Source: Podarcis vaucheri
Taxonomy: Eukaryota
DNA length: 64,000 nt
Strand: one strand, 5' to 3'
Assembly: GCA_965113315.1 (NCBI GenBank)
Contig: OZ220368.1
The notes under the pieces were generated by a model. It worked only from the letters and a program-made list of their open reading frames with translations, was not told the origin of the DNA and did not search any database. A program made the translations under genes and the position numbers. Below are positions 13,001 to 62,693 of this stretch, piece after piece; position 1 is the first letter of the stretch; each line of letters starts with the position of its first letter.

Positions 13001-16000
13001 CAGGTGAGGATCTTTGGGCAGGAAGGTGTCTTGGGGAGAGAGGAACCAGCCTCTTATTTACTGTTTCGGCAAGAGTTTCCTCAATATTCCAGCTAGACCT
13101 GATTAAGGAGAACATGCTAATGTGCCATGTTCATAGATAAGCTCATTTTCTATAAACAAATTAGTGCAGAAGCCTCTTAACGGGTGTGGGGAATCGGGAA
13201 TCTGCAGCCCCCAGGTGTTACTGGGACTCCAACTCCCATCAGCCCCAGCCAGCAGGGCTAATAGTCAGCATGATGGATCTTGTAGCTCTCCAGATGTTGC
13301 TAGACTACAGGTTTCCATTCCTACTTTACAAGCTGTTAGTATCTGGGCACACAAGGAATTGAAAGCTCTGTGTGCGCGCCCATGTGGATAGGAAAAATAG
13401 AGGAAGGCTTTCATGAGTACTAGCAGATCTGTAGAAGCATGCTATAGTGCTGCCTCCTATGAGATGAAGGCAGGTGCCTCTCAGGTGCGATTCACTTCAC
13501 TGTTCAGGTTGTTATGTTTCTTTTCAGTTTTTTGCGGCCTGCTATGGCTACCAAAATGTCGACTGTCTTACATATTCATGGGCAAAAGCTGCTGTTTTGG
13601 CACACCACCAGAATGTGTGTTGGTGGAAGCAGTATTTGCTCATGGCAACCAAGAAACATGGCCTGCTCTCCGTGAGTTGGAGAGCCATCCACAGGCTCAG
13701 GGAAAGGCAGAGTCCACAGACTGCTGTCGCCTCACAAAGGTGCACTGCACTGCTGGGCCTTTTTATAGCTTATGGGTTGGGGGGGGCAGCACAGCTAGTG
13801 GGTTTGGCTGCTTCTTTTGTGCTATTTTCTAGCAATGTTGTGAAAAGCTTTTTAATTATTTTAAAAGTGCATTTACAGGTCCACTGAAAGCACTATGCTT
13901 TGGAACAGACATTTGGCACAGCCCTACGACTAATTAGAAGTTAAGCACAAATGCATGCAACACTACCACAAATTCAATTTAAAGTAATAAGATAGTGCTT
14001 TGGGATGGACTGGGATGGGGACTTGAGAACGGTAGATCATGGGAGGCGTGCCTAAGCCTTTTCCCAAGGGCCATTCAGCTGCTTAAAATCACCACCCCAG
14101 TTTCAGATGTTTGTTTGCACTGAGAGCTGTTTGAGTGTTCCAAATTACTCATGAAGAGGAGTCTTCTGGCTCAGAGCCTATAAGAGTTGACTCATGTTTG
14201 TGGCAGAGGGGAAATTTCCAAGTTCTCTGCCCAGGTAATTTTAAAAATAATAGAGTTGTATCCAGTGTTAATCCTACTCAGGAGTAGACCCATTGAAGTT
14301 ACTGGACAAGACTAACAGGCTCCTTAATGGCAGTAGGTCAACTCTAAGTAGGACTAGCACTGAATACAACACATTAAGTAGTATCCACTTCCTTGAACCT
14401 CAGTAAAGTCCAGTAGTCCTTAAGCTTGTTCTAGTTCTTGGTTCTGAAAGTGAGATGAGCGCCGCATCCCATAGTCGCCTTTGACTGGACTTAACTGTCC
14501 ATGGGTCCTTTACTGTATTTTTTACTGTATGCTTGTTGGGCAGTTTGTTAGATAGGAAAAGGTTATGTTGCTGCTCCTTTGTTCTGATGGTTGGTGACAA
14601 CGGCATTGCCTTCTGGCAACTCTGCATGCTGTTCCTTGAGAAACATAGTCAGTGAGAGGAATTCTGAAAGATATGAATCCTGGTGGTTCCGCTTGGAGAA
14701 TTATGTTCTTTCAATGTGCAAAACTGTTGCACAATGAAGCACAGTTCTCTCCTCCTTGGGCATCTCCCTCGCCTGCAGCACAGGGCAGAAGCCCACAGCC
14801 ATGCGAGCAAGAGCTTGCCCTTGGATTCCTCCCATCCTCTTCAATGCGTGCCTCCCCTCACCTGGAAACAGAGCTGTGAAATTTTAATCAGACAACTCTG
14901 TGCTGTGCTAGGAAGCATTCGCATGAGCAAGAGAAGACAGCGACCATAGATTGCACGTTAAGTGTTTGTCTAATCCATCTTCAGCACAAGGAAACCACCC
15001 AAAAATGCAACATCAGATAAATCCCTGGCAATTCTATGCCCATCAGTTGGGGCACATGTGCATTTTCAGGTAGTTTTATTTGTGAGTCCTAGAGGCCAGT
15101 TACGCTGTTTCAAAACCTCCTTTGGCCAGTTCATTTAAATCTGTGGTCCCCATTCAAGAGATAGGGGAGCTTTACTCACCTAAAAGGAGGAGCAATGAGG
15201 ACAATCTCCTTGTATAAGCATCGGTTGAAATAGACTCCAGTCCGCAAAAGCTCATTACTTTATTAAGTCTTTAAGATGCCAGTTTGCTGCAACAGACTAA
15301 AATAGCCACCCCTCTGAGAGTGAGCTCACACTTCACGTTTGCAAGTGGGTGCTCCTCTGGACATGGCTGTGAATAATGGGTAGAAACCGTGGAAGCTTCA
15401 CATTGATTAATAGTTAGAAGCTGTTTTGGTTTTGCACCCATGCATGGCAATATAAATATAAGAAGCTGCTTTGTAGTCAGTTAGACCATCTTATGCCAAT
15501 ATTGCTACTTTTAAAAGCCTCTTTTAGTCCTTAATGCATAAAGCTATGGCAAGCTCTGTTTATTTGCCTGCAGGGGCTCAGCTTTTTCCGTGAATACTTT
15601 AGGATGCTCTAGACACCTAATTTGTTTTACAGCAGGGATGGGGAGCTTGTGGTCTTCCATTTGTTGCTGGACTACAAGGCCCATCATCTCTGATCATTGG
15701 CCATGCCAGCGGGGGCTGCTGGGAGTCCCAGCCTCTTTGGCAGGGCCACAGGTGCCGGAGCCCTGTTGAAAAGTGCCAGAGCACCTCCTTTCCATGACTC
15801 ACTATGTGGTGGGTCCTCTAGTCCAACCCCCAAAGGTGAAAGCGTGAATGGTAATCTGGCTGGAAAATATCACAGCATTTTAAAGACACTTAATTTAATG
15901 GCACTGAATGGAAAGGATAGGAAAGATTGCCCTGGAAACTTTATTTTTACACTGCGCTTAATGATGGGAGAGGAATTGATTTTATAGGCATGGAGAAACA

Positions 16001-16265
16001 TAATGGGTCACATTTTCCTGAGGCAATCAAGATAGGAAGTGACCATCAGCTGCAACAAATGTTTTCATGTTTGATGAAGGAAATTGTATTTGGTGGTGGT
16101 GGGGTTGCTGCTGCTGGGGAGATGTGCTGGTGCGACAGTTCCATTAAGAGGCTCCTTTTTTTAACCTTCCAGGTTCCCCGTGTCCATATCCTGAAACGGT
16201 CTCCTGAGGGAGCCCCTGTGCAGGTCTACGTGCCAGAAAATGGAGAAATCATTACTCAGGTGTAG
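969..16265 (+). CDS. INAVA: INAVA / C1orf106 (innate immunity activator), spliced CDS span, 9 coding exons, ~601 aa
   Basis: Exons join in phase to 1806 nt. Translation [15 protein letters not shown]...[13 protein letters not shown]...[15 protein letters not shown]...EELKSWHER...SLDRQGA...[13 protein letters not shown] follows human INAVA as recalled. Lies next to KIF21B, as in mammals. Confidence 0.95.
1632..1746 (+). mobile_element. tRNA-derived SINE with CR1-type tail
   Basis: B-box-like ggttcgagcc, then ggttggactagatga...attctatgattctat tail. Confidence 0.7.
1823..1935. mobile_element. Small palindromic MITE-like repeat (related copies ~14255-14370, ~55280-55340)
   Basis: tactcag.gtagacccattgaa...tactctgagta inverted arms recurring in the window. 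Confidence 0.55.
3143..3267 (+). CDS. INAVA: INAVA coding exon 2 ([11 protein letters not shown]...LCLREA)
   Basis: ttccag| ... GCG|gtaagg; start of CUPID domain. Confidence 0.95.
4826..4948 (+). CDS. INAVA: INAVA coding exon 3 ([16 protein letters not shown]...SRGV)
   Basis: gacag| ... GTG|gtaaga; CUPID core [11 protein letters not shown]. Confidence 0.95.
6773..6909. mobile_element. hAT-type fold-back MITE nested in an older SINE (6705-7020, minus)
   Basis: Long inverted arms gggtctctagctgtttttggactaca / tgtagtccaaaaacagctagagaccc. Confidence 0.75.
7152..7380 (+). CDS. INAVA: INAVA coding exon 4 ([16 protein letters not shown]...PALQ)
   Basis: ccgcag| ... AAG|gtgagc. Confidence 0.95.
7467..7698. 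mobile_element. Tc1/mariner (Tigger/pogo-like) MITE
   Basis: TIRs CAGTGGTACCTC / GAGGTACCACTG with TA on both sides. Confidence 0.88.
8270..8658 (+). mobile_element. CR1 LINE 3' fragment (related copy ~56740-56945)
   Basis: ORF2 end-like aactatggaat...gaattggacaaattcgtggagg; shared 3'UTR ending gatccagcagactc. Confidence 0.7.
9471..9524 (+). CDS. INAVA: INAVA coding exon 5 ([18 protein letters not shown])
   Basis: ttccccag| ... AAG|gtaaac; 54 nt, resembles human LSASDDSSLSDGLLLEE. Confidence 0.9.
10500..10734 (+). CDS. INAVA: INAVA coding exon 6 (ESQVLS...[18 protein letters not shown]...VP)
   Basis: Pyrimidine tract + aag| acceptor; weak donor AG|gtcaag; phase consistent. Confidence 0.88.
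11270..11443 (+). CDS. INAVA: INAVA coding exon 7 (SSPGLL...[19 protein letters not shown])
   Basis: NAGNAG acceptor (tag/cag); donor AG|gtactc. Confidence 0.88.
12286..13003 (+). CDS. INAVA: INAVA coding exon 8 ([19 protein letters not shown]...SLDRQGAF...QIQ)
   Basis: ctccag| ... CAG|gtgagg; within ORF 12287..13096. Confidence 0.95.
16173..16265 (+). CDS. INAVA: INAVA last coding exon ([30 protein letters not shown])
   Basis: ttccag| acceptor, TAG stop; class I PDZ-binding-type end (T-x-V). Confidence 0.95.
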   Translation, partial: VPRVHILKRSPEGAPVQVYVPENGEIITQV

Positions 16266-16768
16266 AGACTGCTGAATCACTGTGACTTCCTGCAATTCGG
16301 CAATGTCAGCAGGCTGGCTGCCTAGACTGACCCGTCTCCCCATTCCAGGTTGGAAAGACGAGGCTTTGTGTCAAACTTTGGTGCGTTCTTCGACCATCTG
16401 ATCCTGCTTTATTAAAGAGAACACTTTAGGGGCTATTCTGCAACCTATGTGAGACTATATAGCTCAGTCTCTTCCTTTGTTCCTATGATGAACTGATGCA
16501 ATAGACTACTGCAACAGACAGCTGGGTTTGCTGTCCTGTGCGGAATACAGAGCACAGCAAGATTCCTCACCCCTCTTAACTAGTGTTTGCTTGTCTGCCT
16601 ATTTATTCACGTCTGTCTGTGGTGGAAAGATCTTGGGAGCCAGCTGTAGGTTATGAAAGCAAGAACTTTAGAACTTTTTATTGCTTTTCAGAAAAGAGCC
16701 AAGCCTGACTACATGAATTTTCTTTCCCCTGTGGAAGCAGAATCTGCCTGCCCTCACAAGTGCTAGAT

Positions 16769-16833
16769 GGCAGGGGGGTTGGACTCGATGGCCCTTGTGG
16801 TCTCTTCCAACTCTATGATTCTATGATTCTATG
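16769..16833 (+). mobile_element. CR1 3' tail inserted in INAVA 3'UTR
   Basis: ggttggactcgatggcccttgtggtctcttccaactctatg + (attctatg)n. Confidence 0.8.
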
Positions 16834-17935
16834 TGGAGCCTCTGTTGTCTTCCTTTTTCTTGCATAAAGTAGTGTGATGTAGCAAACAGGCAATGGAGGC
16901 AAGCAAGCTTCCCCAAGTGTAGTTTGGTGTGCATGCCCTTTCCCTATTGTTTTCCCTTCACAACTGCTTTTCACAGCATTTGCCATGTTCTTGGTTCTGT
17001 ATCTACATCACAACGATTCTTAAAAGGAGCCCTTTTCATGTGTGGCTCTATCTTTGTATGAAACCCATCACTTTGTGGAAGGGGTTTCTCATTATACAAG
17101 CATGTCACAAGGAACTGAGAGTGACTCTGTTTGGTCTCAGCCCAGAACCTTTTCAACTTACAAGTCATGGCAAAAAAAATGGGCATAAGCCTTCGTGCTT
17201 TTAAGGCTAGAAATGTCAGTTTTGAAAAAGAAAAGCAGATTCTCCGGATGCCAGGTTTGTACTTAATTTGTCGTGCAATCCTAGACTGGACAAAGACAAG
17301 ATGTTTTGCTTAACCTCTACTACTTTCTATGGGGTCTTTTCTAAGTACCCGTCTCTCTTTAATATTGGTCTTTGCTTCTCGGGTAACCTAGGGATGTTAA
17401 AGCACTAATTATGGTATCATGATGATCAAGTGTGTGGTATTGCAACCAACACTGTTCTTGATATTAACTTATTTGTACAAGGTTTGCCAGTGGAGGGAGA
17501 GGGAATATGTATGATGTGCAACTATGAAAGTTACCTGGACTCAGCTCAAAACAGTGTTAAATCTACCTGAACATTTTTATATTGAATAGGATGCTTTTTC
17601 TGAGTCCTTGTGTGTTCTAATCCTTGCAAGTCATCATTTGGGAATTGACTCTGCTTTAATTACTTCTTTAGAAACAGTCAAAAACAATGTTTTGTTGTTG
17701 CCCCAAAGTGTGCTGTTAAGTACAGAAAAGGCAAAAAGCCAGGTCATGAAGATACAGTTATCAGATGACACTTAAATTCTGGCCAGGCTCGTTGCTTCTG
17801 GGTTTGTTTGTTTTTAACTTCCTAGATCAGAGCCACTTGCTCATACCTATATCAATATCCATTTCCTCATCAGCTCAATCTTTGTACCACTGAAAGAGCC
17901 TTTTGAACTTACACTTAATGGCCTGTTTTATTTTT

Positions 17936-17941
17936 ATTAAA
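17936..17941 (+). terminator. Probable INAVA poly(A) signal ATTAAA
   Basis: Followed by the U/GU-rich tract tgttttgatgtttattt; a proximal ATTAAA also occurs at 16411. Confidence 0.55.
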
Positions 17942-17970
17942 AATAATTATTCTCAGATCTTGTTTTGATG

Positions 17971-17980
17971 TTTATTTATT
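17971..17980 (-). terminator. Probable KIF21B distal poly(A) signal (overlapping AATAAATAAA)
   Basis: Ends an AU-rich 3'UTR-like tract on the minus strand, ~3.5 kb after the stop. Confidence 0.6.
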
Positions 17981-20900
17981 AAGAGGAGGAACAAACACAT
18001 TCATTGGAAAACCATGTACAGCGGGAGCTTTAAATAACTTACACTATTTACATAGCGGTATAAAATAATTACACACCTTATCATGTACACACGCACACAC
18101 ACATACATACATGTGACCATTTTGCCTGATGGTACAAAACCCCCAAAGAAGCCCTGAACACACACGCCAGCCTTGAGGGGGAGAAAACACCTTTCAGGGC
18201 AAGAAAAGGCACCTGTCAACTGAAACATGATTATATATGTATACATAAACCAAGAGGTGGAGCAAACGGGCCTATGGTGTTTATGCACCCCAGCTCCTTT
18301 CTTGGAATGCAGGGATGGTGCATGTTATCCTACCACCAGGAGGCCTATTGCCAAAGCAAAGCCTTAAGAACACCAGGAGAACCTGGCAGAGATTTTCCCA
18401 GGGCTGCTAGATGAATCAAGCAGGTTGTGCAAACCCACTTTTGAATCTCGTTAATGACAGTGTTCTCTTAATGAACATGCACATTTACTCCCAAGGGCTA
18501 CTCAAAGCAGACGAGGTTTTCAGTTTGCTTATTCTGACCCTTCCCACCGTCTGCTTCACGTAACTGTTCAGAGGAGGTAAAATGGCTCTCCTGGTTTGCA
18601 CCCAATTTCATTTGCAGGGTTTTGCACTCTGTCACGTTGCTTGGATCAGGACTATTAAAAAATAAAGAGAGAAGGGGGTAGCTTCTTCAATATGAGAAAA
18701 TATAATCCCATACCTAAAAAGCTAGCAATAGCACTGAGGCACATGGGACTATATGGCAATATGGTCAATAATTTAACAGTTAAGCAGAGTGCTGTCGGGC
18801 ACAGTGCTTTCAGGTATATCAAGTAATACTTTACAAGACATTTCATATTTCTTGTACTAAACAGACTTCCTCCAAGGAAGAATGGAGGAAGTTTTAGGTG
18901 AACTGTGTGCAGCTAATTCACAATGTATTCCTAGAATATATTTTTTTACAGGCAACTACATTCACAGGTGGACTACAAGCTTCTGAAAATATCGGACAAG
19001 ATAGCTTGTGTAGCCATGTGAAGGCGTGAGGATTGTGCTGATTTCATTACTGATGGAAGATGGTCCCTCTTCCAAGGCTTGAATCACTTGGGCCTCTCTG
19101 TTATTCTCAGCTGAGAATGCTAAGTCACGAGAAGACTGCAAAGGACACAGTGATTCAATAAATATCAGTCTTAACATTTAAGAAGAGCTTATTAAAATGG
19201 GTGCTGCTGGTGGACACAGTACAAGCTGTGAGCTTGAATGTAAATCAGTCAACAGCGAAGGCAAAGCACACTTGCTTTCACCTTGCCTTCATCTCACTTT
19301 TGGGACTTAGGGGTCAGTGGTAATGTGCGGTCCCCAGACTAATTCAAGTTTTATTAACATAAAAAACCCCCGAAGAGTAGAACTAGACACCTTGGACCAT
19401 GAGGTAGGTTAACTCAAAACAAGCCCTCACCCTTTTTAAATTTCACTCATGCGCGTGCACATACACACACCCCTCTCCCTCCTGCTCCCCCATCCCCAAA
19501 TAATGCACAAGACAATACACAGAACCTTTTGAACACCCATACAGAATTACAGTACAACAACCTACTCCCAATGGAAGAATCTGCAGCTTCACTGCATGGA
19601 GCGGATGAAGTTCACACCCAAACCCAGTTTATTAGAGCAGAAGACTCCTATAAACCAGGGGGCAGAGCTGTGGAATGGTCCACCAGTGTGCTGCTTACCC
19701 CAAGTCTGCTGGTTGAGGCATGAACTTGGTCCTTGGTCAGGAGAGCACAATGCATGTCAAAAGTCCATTTATACCACATATTAACAGCCAAGTGAGGAAA
19801 CGAAGGTTTTGAGGAGTGCTCTGTGACTCTCCAGTGAGGGCTGGGACAGCCCTGCTGTGTTACACACAAACAGAAAGCTTCATCTCTTGCAAAGTGATGC
19901 TCACACAGGGTCCATGAGAACACTTAAGTGGGTTGAAACTCCACCAGTGAAAATTCAAGTTGATTGAAGCACAGAGAGAGAAGCTTCTCCTGCTTATTCA
20001 TTGCAGAGTCTATTATAAAGACATGAGTATTGACATGAACGGATGCCAAGCAGGTGTAAGTAAACAAGTGATGGGGCAAGACTAAGAGGGCAAGTCTCAT
20101 CATCCCACATCTGGGGAAATGTGAAGACAGGAACGCATCACCACACGCTTGTTCAAGTGTTTCTTACCCTGTTAAAAATCTAAAGGAAAAAAACTCACAC
20201 ATTTCTGTTCCAATGCTTAAAAGGGTCCTTTCTCCACCTGAGAGGAGAGAGTCAGTTTCTGTTGCCATTATTATTTTCTCTTATTGGAACAGGACAATGT
20301 AAACAGCTTCACAGATTGAAATAATGCATGTTTCTCCCCAGGCTGCCTGTGAAGACTTTCCCAGGGAGAAGCCAAAAACATATTCCAGTAGCTCACATCT
20401 TTTTTTTTCTTCTCCTGGGAAATCTAGCACTATGAAAAAAGGGACCAGCATTACAATTTCAAGTCAGAAGCTGGAACACAGAAAGCAACCATTCTTCCAA
20501 ACTAACAGAAGTCTTGATTCCACAGTTGAAGAAAAAGTGATAATCCAAATCCCATATTAATCATCATCCATTTGACAGACCTCACTTATACAGTAGAGAT
20601 TTTTCTTTTTTATGTTCTCTTGGTAGGGCTCTAAGCATTTGAAAAGGAAAACCTTTGGCGATTCTACTTTTGGAGCGAAAACTGAGAAATATCACATGTG
20701 CTTAACATTTTTTAAAAGGTGGCTAACTTTGCCACCCACCCTTCCCCCCTTCAGAAAATCACACACACACATACACACAGCCCATCAGTGGTGGGGTGGC
20801 AATAAGAGAAAGGAAGCCAGCACATTAACACTCATGAAAGATCTAACTAGAACAAGAAATACCCTCTAAAACACAACAATCAACTATGCAGGAAACACAT

Positions 20901-21513
20901 CCAGGAAGCAGCTGGCATGTTTAGATTTCCTCTGGTCAGTTTCACTGTTAAGCTCTGAAGGAATGCCATAAGCAGGGCACAGGCGACCATAGGAGTCGAT
21001 GGGTATGGATCGCTCAGGCGTGATGGAGTGAGGAATGAGGTTTCTTGCATCTTTCCTTGATAAACTCCCTTGGCCAATGAGCACCTAAAACCACCTATTT
21101 TGCAGAGCTTCTCACATAGCCTGGGGGGTGCCTGTTTGGGTGGCATGTGGATTCTGATAGGAGAAATGCTCTCAAATGCCTCAGCTTGACCTTCCTCCTT
21201 GGCTGACAATGCCATGGTGGGAGTTTCACAGTTCAGTGTCATTGCAAAATCCTACCAAGAAAAAGAGACGTGGAGCATGGAAACTGGAAAGGAAAGAAGG
21301 CTCCCTCACACCATCCAACCAACTCACTCACTGGGGCACATGGTACCAAAAAGCCAGGGTGCCATCTTTTCCTGAAGCCCTGAGTGTGTGAGATTCTGGT
21401 GGGAAGCTAAGCACGTCCTACCCTCGCAAGCATGGCTCAACAAGAGAACCACATCTTGTCTTCTCATGACCTCCACCGCAGTCACCATGTCCAAGTAGTT
21501 CCCCAGGTTCTAT

Positions 21514-59492
<37,979 letters not shown>

Positions 59493-61964
59493 CTGGAGAG
59501 AAAATGGAGGGGGAGGAGTGAGGACAAGTTCCCTTTATTTCGCAAGCCAGGGATGGGGAACACTTGTCAGCCAAAAGTCTGATAAACCCTGGTTGTTGAC
59601 ACCTGAGATGTATATACTTAGGACCCATCTTCTTTCTTTGATTGGAAGTTTTTAAACACTGTGCTTTAATTATTGTCACCGACCTGTCAGGGTGACACTG
59701 ACAGATAAATAACAACGATAATCATAATAATAACAACTCCTTCATGGGCAACCTTCCTGAGGCTGCATATCCATGGTATGAGTGACAAAACTGGGTGTGG
59801 TCAGACACACAACTCTCTCCGTCCAGGCAACAAGAGGTATGTGCATCAACCAATTCTGCAGCAACACTAAAGAATTCCTTAGGGAGTGAGATGTCACATC
59901 CAGTAGCTATTCCAGGGCACAAACACCACAGAGGATTTGGGGCATATTAAAATTAATATTGATTGATTCCAAGTAAACAGATTCTCATGGTGCATCCCTA
60001 GTGTACAAATTCTGAAATATATCATCAACAACACTGTAGTTTAATCTGCATGCTGCCTTTCCACAGTTAAAATCATGCTCAAGGTGGCTTACAACGTGAA
60101 ATGATTTACATGATTACAAACAAAAGTAGTCATAAACAATAAGGAAAACATATCAAAAAGTACACAACCATAATTGAACAATTTCAGCATAAATCATTAT
60201 AAGATCTAAAAACAGAGAATGTATTGACTAATTTCCGTGCAAAACAAAACAAAACAAACCTCTAAGCAGTTAACAAAGTGCCATATATAAGCTTGGCACT
60301 ATGTTAGTAATGTGGACTAGCCAATTTGCTATTTTTTAAAAAAACCCAAAACAGAGTCCTGTGGAACCTGAAAGACTTATCAGCTTTCAGGGGCTACTAG
60401 AGACATGAAACGTTAATCTCAGTTGACATGTTATATATAGCTGCACACGGGTGTACACACAGAAGAGGTGCATGCAGAAAGGAGGATTTTTTAACAGAAG
60501 GGCTAAAGGCCTTGAAATGCAGGAGGTGCATCTGTTACACTGCTATGCAAAGATCAAAATGTAGACAAGATAGATAGAGTGATTCATGTGTTATCTCAGG
60601 GAAGGGGAAATCAGTATTTTCTACCATGGACTCCAGGAAAGGGGGTGTGGGAAAGAGGGGAGAATTAAAACATCCCATCCTGTCCATGGCACTCGGGAGA
60701 GCAAAAGGAAACGACACAACAAAAACTGCCTTGCATTCTGGTGCCCAAAAGGGAACAAAGCAGCTCCTTCCTACATCTGCTACTTGCACAGATCCTGCTC
60801 AGCTTTGACCATGCGGTGTTTGTGCTCAGAACCAAGGCTCTGGACTTTTGTTTCCTGGAACTTCAAAAGCCAGCACCACACAGAAGCCACTTACAAAATT
60901 CAGGGGAGTTTCAAAATCCATTTGTGATATGGAATGGGGTGGGGTGCCAGATCGGGGCGAGGCCTACTGTGCCAAAATAAAATAATGTCAGAAAGTCCTG
61001 CTGGGGATCCAAAAGACCTTTGACAAAATGAATCTAATTCAACAGGTTGTGGTCTTTCGAGCTGTTCACTAGGAAGGCTGTAGCTGCTAGGAAATCATCT
61101 CCATGATGGGCTGTTAATCATAAAATCAATAATGGCTCAGAGTCAAAGGGCAGCAGGTTGATGAAGGCCGGCTTAGGCTCTGAGGGTGGGGAACATATCC
61201 AGTAGGATAAGGCTGTCTCAAAAGGCTGTTTAATGCCCCCCTTTACCTCAACCCACCCCGCCATCCCAGAGCATTCGCCACCCTACACCACCTGCACCTA
61301 GAAGAACTGGCAGCTTTGCATTAGAGAGATGGAAGCAGCTAAGCTATTACTCCATGTAACCCAGGCTTAACGAGTCACAAGGTGACTGGTAATAGCACTA
61401 ACATGACCTGGCAGGTGTCACCCTTCTGAGCTGTTATGTCATAGCTTGGCGAACACAAGAGCGCCACAGGCACAATAGGCTTTATTCATCCAATACAAGG
61501 ACCTCACAAATCCGCATTAGAAAAGACCCATTGACGGCTCATTCCACTCCAAGCCCTTTGGCCAAGCTGCTGTCCCTTTTTCCTAGCAGGAGGGGGAAAT
61601 AAACTGGTATTTCACCAACTGGCTAGCTTAACCCTGCTGCATGTGGGCTGGAAGTATTAGACAAAAACGAGGGTCACGCCAGGACTTGCTTTAACACCCT
61701 TGCTGTGGAGCCATCTGCCATTACCTCTTCATTAAGAAATGGTGAGGAGATGCGGTGGGATTTAAAGGTCTTCTAAGCATTGCCCACAAGAGGGTGTTGG
61801 GGCCTCAGCCTCAACCGAATCTCAATCATGTACATGCAGACGGCTCTCTCAGCTTCAGGGTCTGACACAAAACCCCAAAGGGTGTCTTCCAAAGACTTCA
61901 AAATCCACTTGTTAGCAGTCAATAGGAATTAGAAAAGGCCAGAATTAGAGAGGTATCTCATTGT

Positions 61965-62112
61965 CATAGGAAGCTGACTGACTGTGACTGACAGTGGCCC
62001 TCCAGGATATTGGGCAGGAGCCTTTCCCAGCCCTAGCTGGAGACACCAGGGATTGAACCTGGGACCCTCTGCATGCTAAGCATGAGTTCTACCACTGAGC
62101 TACAACACTTCC
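61965..62112 (-). mobile_element. Old tRNA-derived squamate SINE (Squam3-like; copies ~44627-44760, ~50810-50990)
   Basis: cagggattgaacctgggacc (reverse B-box) ... taccactgagcta. Confidence 0.65.
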
Positions 62113-62636
62113 ATGAAGATCAAGCGAGGAAAGCTTTGCACTAAGCTCGTTGCCTGGCCCACAGCAACTGAAGTTATCCAAGCCCAACTTCAAAAAGCAA
62201 CCTCTCATTGGCAAAGGTAGGCACCTGACTGACAAATAATCAGCTGCTTTGAGTGACGGGGCAGATGACAATGGATAGCACCCCATCACTGGAAGTGTCA
62301 CTCTAAACTTTTGAGTCCTGCAATTATCAGCTCACCTTTCATTCAGTCTTGCAACTGTGTACCAACAAAACAAACACATAGTATATGGTTGTTAGGCAGA
62401 AGCACTGTCTGCTTCGCCAGAGAAGAATTCTTGGCAATGTCATATTCCTGACCTATAAAACTAGAATGCATGAAACCAAAACCCAGATGAGCCGTCCTGG
62501 CAGCAATTGCTTTTTTGACCTTTTAGCACCCGAATCATCAAGCGATGCATCATCTATCATCTCTTGAAATTGCTGATGCTAACAAGCCACTTCCTCTGTT
62601 CCGAATAATTATTTATTTCTAAAGAAGCTTGATTTC

Positions 62637-62637
<1 letters not shown>

Positions 62638-62690
<53 letters not shown>
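62638..62690. repeat. (ATT)n microsatellite, ~17 units
   Basis: Direct reading. Confidence 0.97.

Positions 62691-62693
<3 letters not shown>

Noticed and set aside
12363-13115. 250-aa minus-strand ORF
   Set aside because: Antisense shadow of GC-rich INAVA exon 8; no recognisable domain.
15220-15320. Penelope-like remnant with a possible hammerhead ribozyme
   Set aside because: The CUGAnGA/GAAA catalytic core is not intact.
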